DNA from: Spirochaetia bacterium
Lineage (GTDB): Bacteria; Spirochaetota; Spirochaetia; DSM-16054; Sediminispirochaetaceae
Direction: 5' to 3'
DNA length: 64,000 bases
Assembly (NCBI GenBank): GCA_034520965.1
Contig: JAXHMY010000001.1
Span: forward strand, 352,001-416,000
A program made the translations under genes and the position numbers. Every line of letters starts with the position of its first letter. Position 1 is the stretch's first letter. The notes under the pieces were generated by a model. The model searched no databases. It saw only the letters and a list, made by a program, of their open reading frames with translations, and had not been told where the DNA came from. Shown here piece after piece: positions 28,228 through 38,278 of the stretch.

Positions 28228-30285
28228 CTATTCCGGCGGAGCAAAATATCCCAGTTCCCCGCGTCCGCTTCTGCCAAAAACGGAGATCTGCGCTTCAACA
28301 GGAAGATAGGCCCGTCCAAAGTCACTGTTGCGGGTGGACCGGTATGAAAGAATATACCGACCGCTGCTATGCTCTAATATTCTTTCTACCATTGGAGCTA
28401 CACCCCTGGGATTATACAGATAGGTGCTTGATCCTCCAGTCTTTTCGCACAGATAGGCTAACTCCGGCGCAATCTTACCTTGTGGGTTCATAGTAACACA
28501 ATTGAAGGTGATATCATTGTTCCTCAGATAGTCAAGCAGGTGAATCAGTTCATATGATTGGAAAGCGTGCTCCGGCAGCTTTCCAGTGGATAAAAACACA
28601 ATTGCTCGCTTTTCTCCGCCGGAGATCAGCGGCCCCGCGGACAAACGCAGCCCCTGGTCAAACTGCCAGTCTTGACTAAAGCTACCTGAAAGCGCTGCTG
28701 ATCGCACGGCTTCGCCATCCTGGGCAGCTTCAAGCTGCAGCACCGGCTGTGATCCCGCCTGTACCACATTAATATCACCTCTCCGCAACAGTGACGATGC
28801 AATATCGGCAGCAGCTTGTCCAATACCCTCTGTATTTTGCTGCATTCCCGGTGAGCCTTCCACCATAAGCGTAATATCTGCTCTCTCCAGCCGGTCAACT
28901 GCAGACTCTAACACAGGCTCTTCGACCGGATAGCGAGCCTCGGTGATATAAAAATTGGTCCCCTCAAGTCCCACATACGGCTCCCCGGTACGCCGCTGAA
29001 CAGTGATATCGAGGAAAACTTCCGGAAAGTTTTCTGCATTGACTCGATTAATGCGCACAAACAAACCCGAATACATCCGGCTGAAATCGGCTTGCATCGA
29101 AACTATGTTCTGATTGAAATCGGCAATTAATAAATTATCGTTGACATCTCGACTTGCCGAGACAATTTTGACCCGCCTCCCATTAAGCCTGCTAAGCGGT
29201 GTGAAAGCACGACTTTCAAGATCAAGCAGGAGTACTTGCTCTTCATCCGCTATTATCAACTGTTGCGAACTGTAAAGCGAGAGGCCTTCGGGACTCTTCA
29301 GATATGAACTCGTGAGAGTAACCAGAAAATTCCCGCTTGCATCGAATACATCAACTGCCGAACGATTTTTGTCGGCTACGTATACAAAATCTTCATGAGC
29401 CAGTATTCCGGTGGGCTGCTGAAACCCTTCGAAATCAGCAGTCTTTCGGCCGAAGGAGAGAATAAAATTTCCTTCATAATCAAACTTTGCTACCCGGCGG
29501 TTTCCCTGATCAGTAACATACAGATACCCATTCTTATCATCACTGATAAACTGCGGCCCCAAAAGCTGCCCCTGACCGGTACCGGTTTGACCAAAACGTT
29601 TTAACACCCGACCGGTGGGAGTGCAATGAACAATTCTGTCACCTGCAAATTCAGTTATAAAAAGACCTTCATCCGGGTTTGCAGTAATATCAAAGGGGTG
29701 GTTCAAACCCTCAATACCGCCCCTCAAAGAACGCTTCAGTCCGCCATTAGCCGAGAACTCAAGTACTTCGTTAGTTGCAAAAGATACAGTGTAAAAACCA
29801 CCGGTGCTGTTCGGATGCACAGCTGTCGGTCGTTTAAAGACCTGTACATCATTCTGTATTCCCTCTATCTTTTCAAACTCGACAAACTTAGGCCCCTCTT
29901 TCGGCTCTGTGGGCTGCTCTCGTTGGTAGGTGAGGATACGAACCATTTGTTCCATGGCGGCACTTAGTCCCCCATCCTCCATCATACGACTCCACATATC
30001 TATTGCAGTCGAAGTGAATCCGTTTCTATAATAGGTACGGGCCAGCCAGGATTGAGCTAACGAAAAACCGGGTTTCAGGGAAAGACTTTTCTCCAGCGAG
30101 AGCAGCGCCTTATTGTATTCACCACGGTGAAATGCACGTATTCCATAGCGCAATTCTCTTTCAGCGTAAACTTGATCCATATCGATGGTATTCACATCTT
30201 CTTGGGCAGCAGTCGTGTGTATACCCATCACTCCCAAGACTAGCAAAATCAGAGCGTATTTCCAGATTCCCCGTCTTCCGTACAT
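28228..30285 (-). CDS. Exported TPR + NHL beta-propeller + vWA-like protein
   Basis: Signal peptide, TPR (YNKALLSLEKSL), NHL repeats (YVTDQGNRRV, YVADKNRSAV), C-terminal vWA-like (AIVFLSTG..LCEKTGG); start probably ATG 30285. Confidence 0.85.
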   Translation of the reverse strand: MYGRRGIWKYALILLVLGVMGIHTTAAQEDVNTIDMDQVYAERELRYGIRAFHRGEYNKALLSLEKSLSLKPGFSLAQSWLARTYYRNGFTSTAIDMWSRMMEDGGLSAAMEQMVRILTYQREQPTEPKEGPKFVEFEKIEGIQNDVQVFKRPTAVHPNSTGGFYTVSFATNEVLEFSANGGLKRSLRGGIEGLNHPFDITANPDEGLFITEFAGDRIVHCTPTGRVLKRFGQTGTGQGQLLGPQFISDDKNGYLYVTDQGNRRVAKFDYEGNFILSFGRKTADFEGFQQPTGILAHEDFVYVADKNRSAVDVFDASGNFLVTLTSSYLKSPEGLSLYSSQQLIIADEEQVLLLDLESRAFTPLSRLNGRRVKIVSASRDVNDNLLIADFNQNIVSMQADFSRMYSGLFVRINRVNAENFPEVFLDITVQRRTGEPYVGLEGTNFYITEARYPVEEPVLESAVDRLERADITLMVEGSPGMQQNTEGIGQAAADIASSLLRRGDINVVQAGSQPVLQLEAAQDGEAVRSAALSGSFSQDWQFDQGLRLSAGPLISGGEKRAIVFLSTGKLPEHAFQSYELIHLLDYLRNNDITFNCVTMNPQGKIAPELAYLCEKTGGSSTYLYNPRGVAPMVERILEHSSGRYILSYRSTRNSDFGRAYLPVEAQISVFGRSGRGELGYFAPPE

Positions 30286-30295
30286 GCTCCCTCCT

Positions 30296-30985
30296 CTAAT
30301 CAATCGCTCCAATCTCCTTTGCTACCGCCTTCAGATGACTCTTAATTATAGGGTGATCATCAGAGAGTTGATACGCCCGCTTTATATAGCGATGTGCTTC
30401 ACTAAATTTACCAAGTTTGTAATACACCCACCCTAAAGAATCAAGGTACGCAGCTTGTTCCGGTTGTTTTCGGACAGCCTGTTTGCAGAGGTCCAGCGCC
30501 TTGTCTAGGTTATACCCCTCTTCAGCCTCAATATATCCACTACTGTTAAGAACATTAGGATTTTCAGGATCCAGCTCCATTGCCATATTTATATATTTAA
30601 GACTCTCATCGCTGCGCTGTTGTTGAAACAAAAGGTATGAGTATACCGAATATACCTGCACCGAGGCATACCCGCCGTCAATCAACTGCTTTATCTCATA
30701 CTCCGCCAGAGAATACCGTTCAGTATTAGTATAGATAACAGCTAGGAGAAGACGACACTGATACAAATGCAGGAAATCAGGATGAGTGGTAACGACCTGC
30801 TCAAGATACAGGAGAGCCTCGTCGTACTGTTCCGTTTGGCTGTAGCAGAGCCCTAGATAATAAGAGAGTTCCGGATTCTCGGCCGGATCTTCATCAACCG
30901 AGAGTAAGACCGCCAACGCTTTTTGATAACGTTTGGCCTTGTAGAGCCGCTTGGCGGTTTCGAACGCTTTCCCCATCTTATGCAC
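30296..30985 (-). CDS. TPR protein
   Basis: YYLGLCY, LDPENPNVLN and YLDSLGWVYYKLG repeats. Confidence 0.88.
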   Translation of the reverse strand: MHKMGKAFETAKRLYKAKRYQKALAVLLSVDEDPAENPELSYYLGLCYSQTEQYDEALLYLEQVVTTHPDFLHLYQCRLLLAVIYTNTERYSLAEYEIKQLIDGGYASVQVYSVYSYLLFQQQRSDESLKYINMAMELDPENPNVLNSSGYIEAEEGYNLDKALDLCKQAVRKQPEQAAYLDSLGWVYYKLGKFSEAHRYIKRAYQLSDDHPIIKSHLKAVAKEIGAID

Positions 30986-31008
30986 CCTTACACTGATTTA
31001 ATCTTAGC

Positions 31009-31755
31009 TTACTCAATATCAAATTGAGCTTCTTGGTAGGTATGTATCACCTCGTGATTCATCGGGTGAAGGTAGACCGGAGAGACTGATATCTTACCGG
31101 CCTGTACCGCATTCCAGTCGCTTCCCTCCTCCTCTCGTGCATGAATCGATTCTCCAGTAAGAAAATAGTACTTATCCCCGTTTGGGCTTTGAAAAAACTC
31201 AGCTTTATCACTGTAAATGCGTCGGGATGGATGAGTTATTGAAACTGCATTTACCTGACTCGAGGGTGGAGGAAAATTTATGTTGATAAAGTGATCAGAA
31301 CTCCACAGTTCTAGTAACAGCTGGATATTGTTGTGAACAAATTGTGCAGCTTTTTCAAAGGGGAAGGGAGGCTTAATGGGAGCAACCGACACGGCGATAC
31401 TGGGAATTCCTACTAAAGCCCCCTGTCGAGCAGCTGCGCAGGTTCCTGAGTAAATTATATCGGTACCTAAATTCGGGCCTCGATTTATTCCCGAAATGAT
31501 AATATCCGGTTGCATGGGCAATGCTCCGAGAAGTGAATATAGGACGGTATCCGCCGGGGTTCCGTCACATGCATACATTCGGGCAGCCACCTGCCGGAAG
31601 CGGACCGGATCTCTTAGGGTAATTGAGTGACTCATACCGCTCCGTTCACGATCCGGGGCGGTAACCCACACCTCGTGCTCTTTCTCCAGCTCCCCTTTAA
31701 GGGTAAGCAATCCGGGACTCTCTATTCCGTCATCGTTACTAATTAGTATTCGCAT
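31009..31755 (-). CDS. surE: 5'/3'-nucleotidase SurE
   Basis: ILISNDDG, GTPAD, SGINRGPNLG, YSGT. Confidence 0.97.
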   Translation of the reverse strand: MRILISNDDGIESPGLLTLKGELEKEHEVWVTAPDRERSGMSHSITLRDPVRFRQVAARMYACDGTPADTVLYSLLGALPMQPDIIISGINRGPNLGTDIIYSGTCAAARQGALVGIPSIAVSVAPIKPPFPFEKAAQFVHNNIQLLLELWSSDHFININFPPPSSQVNAVSITHPSRRIYSDKAEFFQSPNGDKYYFLTGESIHAREEEGSDWNAVQAGKISVSPVYLHPMNHEVIHTYQEAQFDIE

Positions 31756-31797
31756 TGTTCCAATTATAAGACAGATTACCCTGCTTTGAAAACTGAA

Positions 31798-32949
31798 TTA
31801 TTCAGAATATACGATACGAGCCCCTTTTTGAGGGGAAATAATATAATATACAGGGTGAAAACCGAAAATATGCTCGTATTCATCTAACCGTTTCTGATAA
31901 CCGGGCAGGGCATCCTTATGACACAGGGTCAGCGTACAGCCGCCAAAACCGGGCCCGATTAACCGAGATCCGTAACAGCCGTCTACTTCCATAGCCCGTT
32001 TTACCAACCAGTCTACTTCAGGACATGAAACCTCGAAGTTATCACGCAGGCTTTCATGGGAGCGGTGCATAAGCTTACCAAAGGCCGGTCCGTCGCCGGT
32101 TTTCAACAGATGTTTTGCCTCTTTAACTCTTTCATTCTCCTGGACCACATGCATGCAAAGCCGTCGCGAGGATTCCGGAAGCAGCCCCATTCCCGCACGA
32201 AGATCTTGACGGGTTAAATCTCGCAGCGATTTCTGCTGGTCCCGCTCACGTAAGAGCTCAACGCTGTCATTACAAATTTCGTACCGTTCCTCAAGCTCCT
32301 CCTGTATTCCGGTCTGCTTTACACCGCTTTCAGTCAGTACAAAAATCATATCCTTAAAACTGAAAGGAACAAACTGGAAATCAAGACTCCGTAAATCGAT
32401 AAACACCGCACTCCCCTCGCGGGAATAGAACGTAGTAAGCTGATCGGTGATCTTCTCGCGTTTACCGATAAAGGCGGTTTCGGAAAGATATGCCAGCTGT
32501 ACCAGCTGGATATCTTGTAGATCCAGTTGGAAAGCCTCTCGTGTTGCAAGAGCTGCAGCAATTCCCAGAGCAGCTGACGACCCCAGCCCTACCTCCTTGG
32601 GAATCACCCCCATAATACTGATATTCATCCCCTTGAAGGATGATCCCAACTGCATTATTTCGTAGAGAACACCCTTTAAGTAATTAGCCCAGCGGTCTTC
32701 CCGTTTGTATTTCAAATTTGCGATAGTAGTCCGCTTTCGTTCATTAAGATCAACCGAATAAAAGCGTAAAGATGTGTCGTTTCTTTTTGAAATTGCAACT
32801 TTTACGGATAAATGTAACCCAATTTGAAGTACATATCCATCATGAAAGTCAGTATGCTCCCCCATCAAGTTGACAACACCAGGGGCTTCAGCAATTACTT
32901 TCGGTTCCTCTCCATATTCAGCTGCATGATGAGAGAAAATTTCATCCAT
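31798..32949 (-). CDS. galK: Galactokinase-like GHMP kinase
   Basis: NLMGEHTD, WANY, GLGSSAA, SHESLRDNFEVS, GPGFGGC. Confidence 0.8.
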   Translation of the reverse strand: MDEIFSHHAAEYGEEPKVIAEAPGVVNLMGEHTDFHDGYVLQIGLHLSVKVAISKRNDTSLRFYSVDLNERKRTTIANLKYKREDRWANYLKGVLYEIMQLGSSFKGMNISIMGVIPKEVGLGSSAALGIAAALATREAFQLDLQDIQLVQLAYLSETAFIGKREKITDQLTTFYSREGSAVFIDLRSLDFQFVPFSFKDMIFVLTESGVKQTGIQEELEERYEICNDSVELLRERDQQKSLRDLTRQDLRAGMGLLPESSRRLCMHVVQENERVKEAKHLLKTGDGPAFGKLMHRSHESLRDNFEVSCPEVDWLVKRAMEVDGCYGSRLIGPGFGGCTLTLCHKDALPGYQKRLDEYEHIFGFHPVYYIISPQKGARIVYSE

Positions 32950-33016
32950 TTATTTACCTTAATCCCATATTTATTGGGTCACTCTCATCTTAAAAGAAAA
33001 ACACTTTGAATGCAAC

Positions 33017-33052
33017 AAAAAAAGGCCACTGGGACAAATTGCCCAATGGCCT
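33017..33052 (-). terminator. Intrinsic terminator after rpmE
   Basis: Minus strand GGCCATTGGG-loop-CCCAGTGGCC then T7. Confidence 0.85.
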
Positions 33053-33077
33053 CTCATGATACAATGTAACTCGACTT

Positions 33078-33278
33078 CTACTTGATGCCGTATTTGCGTT
33101 TGAAACGCTCAACACGTCCGGCGGTGTCAACAAGCTTCTGCTTACCGGTAAAAAACGGATGGCACTGTGAGCAAATTTCAACCTCAATGTCTTTAGCTGT
33201 GGAACGAGTCTGGATCTCGTTTCCACATGCACACCGGATAGTAGTGAGTTCGTATTTGGGATGAATTCCCGCTTTCAT
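33078..33278 (-). CDS. rpmE: 50S ribosomal protein L31, Cys-containing (zinc-binding) type
   Basis: [40 protein letters not shown]. Confidence 0.98.
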   Translation of the reverse strand: MKAGIHPKYELTTIRCACGNEIQTRSTAKDIEVEICSQCHPFFTGKQKLVDTAGRVERFKRKYGIK

Positions 33279-33300
33279 AATACTCCTCCCTGGTGCTAAT

Positions 33301-33361
33301 AAGAAAATTGCTGAGAGCAATTTTCATTGTTTCGGTTGCCGCAAAGCGGCATGTGAAACTA
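33301..33361. repeat. REP-like double-hairpin motif, copy 2
   Basis: GAAAATTGCT-gag-AGCAATTTTC then GTTTCGGTTGCCGC-aaa-GCGGCATGTGAAACTA. Confidence 0.8.
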
Positions 33362-33511
33362 TTTATAAGATATTCTCTGCCCGAGATTAAAATCCCACAG
33401 AAAATCTCTTTTCAAACTTATACTAAAATAGCCTAACAGAGTGTAATATAACATATTACACTTACAAATTCCAGTCTTGCTTACATTGCGTACGTAGTAA
33501 GTGGGTATCGT

Positions 33512-35294
33512 TTATTGTCCTGCCGTAGTGGTGTTCATCGAGCGTAAAAAGGCTTCATTAGTTTTGGTTTTACGCATTCTATCCACCAGCATCTCAATAA
33601 TCTCCATATCATCCATGGGATTGATTACTTTACGCAATACCCACATTTTGTTGAGTTCCTCTTCGGTAAGCAGAAGTTCTTCTTTTCGTGTTCCCGAGCG
33701 TTTGATATTGATAGCCGGGTACACCCGACGATCAGCCATTCGGCGATCAAGCTGGATTTCCATATTTCCGGTTCCTTTGAACTCTTCAAAAATAACTTCA
33801 TCCATCCGCGAGCCTGTGTCTACCAGTGCGGTGGCAACTATAGTCAAGCTGCCTCCGTTTTCGGTGTTACGGGCCGCACCGAAGAAGCGCTTCGGCTTGT
33901 GCAGGGCGTTTGAATCAACACCTCCGGAGAGAATCTTGCCGCTGGTAGGAACCGTCTGGTTATAGGCTCGGGCTAAGCGGGTAATTGAATCGAGCAAAAT
34001 AACTACGTCATGTTTGTGTTCTACTAATCTTTTAGCCTTCTCAATAACCATTTCGGCTACCTGTACATGGCGACTCGCCTGTTCGTCGAAAGTCGATGCA
34101 ATAACCTCGCCGTTTACACTGCGGCGCATATCCGTAACCTCTTCCGGACGTTCATCGATCAACAGCACTATTAAAAACACATCGGGATGATTGGTGGTAA
34201 TTGCATTGGCAATCTTCTGCATTAGGATAGTTTTACCGGTTCGCGGAGGGGAGACAATCAGGCCACGCTGCCCTTTTCCGATCGGGCAGAACAGGTTGAT
34301 CATCCTGGTCGAGGTGTCTCCGCTTGTCAACTCCATGTCGAAACGCTCCATGGGGTATAGAGGGGTAAGATTATCAAAGGGAACCCTTGTTTGTGCAACC
34401 GAAGGGTCGTCAGAGTTTACAAACTCGACTCTCAGCATCGCAAAAAAGCGCTCTCCCTCTTTAGGCGGGCGAATCTGGCCACCAACCGTATCACCAGTGC
34501 GCAGGTTAAACAGACGTATCTGTGACGGGGAAATATAGATATCATCTGGCCCGGGCAAATAACTATTCTGGGGTGAACGCAGAAAACCATAGCCATCCGG
34601 CAGAATTTCAAGCGAACCATAGGCGTGTATCTGCCCGCCCTGTTGGGTATGGGCTTTAAGAACAGAAAAAATGAGGTCCTGTTTTTTCATCGACACCATG
34701 GTGTCGCGATTCAATCCTTCCTGACTGGCAAAATCACGCAGCTGAGGAACCGACATCTTCGAAAGTTCATTGATGCTCAGTTTGCCGACCAAATTATTCT
34801 CTTTGCTATTCTCTTTGCTATTCTCTTTCTGCTTGTCCGAAGACTTGTTTCTATCGGAGTTATGCCCCTGACGGTTATCTCTTCCGGAATTTCTACTTTT
34901 AGATTTTCGTTTGTTAATTCCCTGATTCTTAATGAGTTCATCCGCCGAGGGAATATCCTGGTTATCATCAACCACAGGCTTGCCGAGTACTGCTTTGAGC
35001 GCTTTCGGCACTTGCAGCGCTTTCGGCGGCTTGGTTTCCTTCTTCCTGCTCAGATTCATTATTATCTTTGATTAGTTCTACCCGAACTTTCTTCTTTCTG
35101 GGCCGTTTTTTCTGGTGTCCAGAGTTAGATCCATTTTGAGATGCAGTTTGAGTACCGCTATCCGTCTCGTAGTTAGTCATACTATCCTCACTTTCAGTTT
35201 CCTGATTTTTTCTATTTTGGGTATCAGTATCACCCTGAGTGTTTTCGTCTTCATCAAAATTGAGTGATTCTTGTTTTTTTCCGTTTTCAGCCAT
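33512..35294 (-). CDS. rho: Transcription termination factor Rho with long N-terminal extension (one apparent frameshift at about 34970-35060)
   Basis: [48 protein letters not shown]; the upstream ORF 34968-35294 has a SD and supplies the N-terminus. Confidence 0.95.
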
Positions 35295-35515
35295 CAGAAA
35301 ACTCCGTTTATCTGGGTTTTATATATGATGTTTGGGTCGAGAACCTTCAGATAGTACATACATATGAAAGTCCTTATATTGCCGAAAAACTAATTATCTA
35401 TGCTGTATTTGATTAGTTTTTCTAAAGGCTTTGGGAATATCCAAAATCTTTGTTTTTCGATATTCCCTTATGTAAAAAATTTTGTTCTTTGTACGGAGGT
35501 TGTTTTAAGACAGAC

Positions 35516-36793
35516 TCAACTATAGTGCCAGTACTGCACCATGTCAAGGCTTTCCGGTTTCCGTACCATTATCTCCGTCAATAACAGGGCCGCTACTGCA
35601 GCTCGTCGTCGAACAATATCTCTACGGCTGCCGAATGTAAAATGAAAGGCCCTTGAATGAATAGTCCGTTGCTTAGTCCGCCGCGAGACAGCTATCCACA
35701 CAGTACCTACCGGTTTTTCCGTGGTGCCCCCCGAGGGTCCTGCTATTCCCGATACAGCTACCGATACATCGGCAGTACTCTTTTCTAAAGCACCCTCCGC
35801 CATTTCTAGTACCGCAGGCTCCGAAACCGCGCCGCTTGTCTCTAATGTACTGTGGCCAACTCCCACTGCACTCTGCTTGGCTTTATTATCATAAGTAATA
35901 AAACCTCCCCAGTAGCCTTCCGAACTCCCGGGAATATTGGTTATTAGGGCACCGATTATGCCACCCGTACACGACTCAACACTCGCCAGTTGCGCCTCAG
36001 CCTGCTTCAAAGTTTCAAGCAGTAATGCAGCTGCCTCATTATCTCCTCTGCGTACCAAAGCTTCGCCGAACTCATGCTGAAGTTTATCTATAAACTCTTC
36101 ACGCTGCTGTGACGTACCGCCTACGAGGTACAAACTAATCCGGTGTGCCTGGAAGCGGGTTCTCCATTGAACCTCGGGTACACTACGGCCGGTTTTCAAG
36201 CAGGCATCTTCAAGCATCGCCTCCGGTATAAGAAAGCAACTGACTTCTGTCTCGGCCTGGGCGTTTAACTGCAGCTGTTCAACCAGCACCGGCCGCAGTA
36301 AATGCTGAAACAATGGTTCAAGCTCACGCGGAGGGCCCGGCAGGGCTGCTATTAGACAGCTGTTAACCTTTCCCCAGATACCGGGAGCGGTTCCGTTTGC
36401 ATTCGGTAACACCTGAAACCCTTCAGGTACCATTGCCTGCTTGCGGTTGGCTTCAGCTTTTGAAAGACCATAGCGGCTTTTTAGTTCTTCCCACAAAACA
36501 TTATCGAACAAAAGGGAAATTCCCGCAGCCTCTGAAATAGCTTCACGGGTCAAGTCATCACTGGTCGGCCCTAAACCTCCGGTTATCAACACTAACCCGT
36601 GCGTCTCCACCAGCGTACGCACGGCTGGGATTACTTCCGGTTCATCTTGCATGAGCCAAATTCTCTTGACCTGCACACCCATAGCACTTAATTCGGAGGC
36701 AAGGAATCTACCATGTGTATCCTGGATAACCCCAGAAGTTATTTCGGTTCCCAATGACAAAATTGCTGCAGTTAGTGTAGGTATATTAGGCAC
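35516..36793 (-). CDS. cinA: CinA family protein (MoCF-like domain + NMN deamidase PncC domain)
   Basis: GTEI, TGGLGPTSDDLT, GTAPG, LPGPP, ESCTGG, GIAGPSGG, KPVGTV. Confidence 0.93.
   Translation of the reverse strand: MPNIPTLTAAILSLGTEITSGVIQDTHGRFLASELSAMGVQVKRIWLMQDEPEVIPAVRTLVETHGLVLITGGLGPTSDDLTREAISEAAGISLLFDNVLWEELKSRYGLSKAEANRKQAMVPEGFQVLPNANGTAPGIWGKVNSCLIAALPGPPRELEPLFQHLLRPVLVEQLQLNAQAETEVSCFLIPEAMLEDACLKTGRSVPEVQWRTRFQAHRISLYLVGGTSQQREEFIDKLQHEFGEALVRRGDNEAAALLLETLKQAEAQLASVESCTGGIIGALITNIPGSSEGYWGGFITYDNKAKQSAVGVGHSTLETSGAVSEPAVLEMAEGALEKSTADVSVAVSGIAGPSGGTTEKPVGTVWIAVSRRTKQRTIHSRAFHFTFGSRRDIVRRRAAVAALLLTEIMVRKPESLDMVQYWHYS
35519..35547 (-). promoter_or_regulatory. Sigma70 promoter of rho embedded in the last codons of cinA
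   Basis: TTGACA-17 nt-TATAGT. Confidence 0.8.
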
Positions 36794-37199
36794 TGCTTAC
36801 CGTTTTCTTCAAGGTATCCACCGAAGCTGAAAAGATATCGACGGTATCCGGATCTTTTATCATCTCGCATTTTCCTTCAAAACTTACTCCGTCGGATATG
36901 CGAAGTTTGCTTGTTTTCACATTACCTGCCAATGTGCACGTTTCGAGCATTTCAACCTTTTCTTTGGCAATTATATTGCCCTCAACATGGCCGGCAATGA
37001 CCACTGTAGTTGCTTTAATATCGGCCACTACATGGGCTCCCTCTTCTATAAACAGGACTCCTGAGGATTCAATCTCTCCCTCAAAATACCCATCTATTTT
37101 CAAGGCGTCTGAGAAAGTGAGCTTTCCGAAAAGTCGTGTTGTAGTGCCCAGTACTGTAGTAAACTCTTTTTCTTTTCGTCGACTATAACTTCGTGCCAT
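36786..37199 (-). CDS. Bactofilin (polymer-forming cytoskeletal protein)
   Basis: TVLG..T...G.L....LKIDG.FEGEI beta-helix pattern ending FEGKCEM. Confidence 0.92.
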   Translation of the reverse strand: MARSYSRRKEKEFTTVLGTTTRLFGKLTFSDALKIDGYFEGEIESSGVLFIEEGAHVVADIKATTVVIAGHVEGNIIAKEKVEMLETCTLAGNVKTSKLRISDGVSFEGKCEMIKDPDTVDIFSASVDTLKKTVSSA

Positions 37200-37278
37200 T
37201 TCTTAGTCTACCTAATTAAAATTACCATTAAACGTAATTTTAAATATGTGTTGATCAGATTTTCCTTTTGCAATGGTA

Positions 37279-37500
37279 TTACTTAGTTTTCATCACAAAC
37301 ACCCCATCCCAATCTTCGGGAGGAGGATTTTCAATATAATGTTTACAGCGAGCATAATACACTTTAGAAGGCCCGTCTTCAGGATCAACTTTAAGGGCTT
37401 TTGCAAAAAAATCTTTAGCTGCCTCAAAATTCATCAATTTGTACTGTTTTCGTCCTTCCGCAAAGAGGTTGAGGACCTCTTGTTTACTCTCGGCTATCAA
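37279..37500 (-). CDS. Small stand-alone TPR protein resembling the C-terminal tail of class III nucleotidyl cyclases
   Basis: F.KAL...PEDGPSKVYY.RC..Y...PP.EDWDGVF.MKTK; GGAGG SD inside the upstream gene. Confidence 0.8.
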   Translation of the reverse strand: MIAESKQEVLNLFAEGRKQYKLMNFEAAKDFFAKALKVDPEDGPSKVYYARCKHYIENPPPEDWDGVFVMKTK

Positions 37501-38247
37501 CCTTTACCTCTTTCATACTATCTTCATGTTCCTGAAGCTGTATAAAATGTTCCTGCAGTTTTGAATCAAGTTCACGCAGGGCCTGTTCGTCGTCACGGGC
37601 ATTGACGTCTTTTAATTTAAGCTCATCGATGTCTTGCTCTAACTTTTCTATCGAAGTTCTCACTCCGGAAACTTGTTCTTTTACAAACTTTATAAACTCG
37701 TCCTTTTCGGACGCCCTTTTCTCATCTGTGGAAACCTCATTAGCTTTTGCTTCAACCTGCGCTATCGGTTCTTTAAGATTATTCAAAAAATCAATGAATG
37801 TAGTCGAAATTTTTTCAGACAAATCAATCCTTCGCTGTTTTAGCTCCATCCGGTCGGACATTCTTCGACTACGCAGAACTGCACGTATCCTGGCTAACAC
37901 TTCAGAAAAATTAAAGGGCTTGGTAATGTAATCCTCCACCCCAAGTTCAAATCCTTCAACCTTATCCTTTACATCGTCCATTGCCGAAAACATAATAATT
38001 GGTATGTTTCTATAATCGCTGTAGGTCTGATCTTTCTTTAACAGCCGTGTTACCTGCCAACCGGATAATTTCGGCATAACGTTATCTAATATAATAAGAT
38101 CAGGGTTATATCCGGTAACCTTCTCCAAAGCATCTTCACCGTCTTCTGAAGTAAGGACCTCAAACCCAAGTTTACCCAACATCAGTTGAAAAAATCTAGA
38201 TTTACTGGTTCATCATCTACAATTAGGATCTTTGTCTTTTCTTCCAT
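37484..38247 (-). CDS. Response regulator (REC + coiled coil, no DNA-binding domain); frameshift in the A6 run at 38189-38194
   Basis: KILIVDDE (upstream frame), PDLIILDNVMP, YITKPF. Confidence 0.9.
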
Positions 38248-38278
38248 ATCTTCATCTTCCTATAGAAATCCACAGTTG

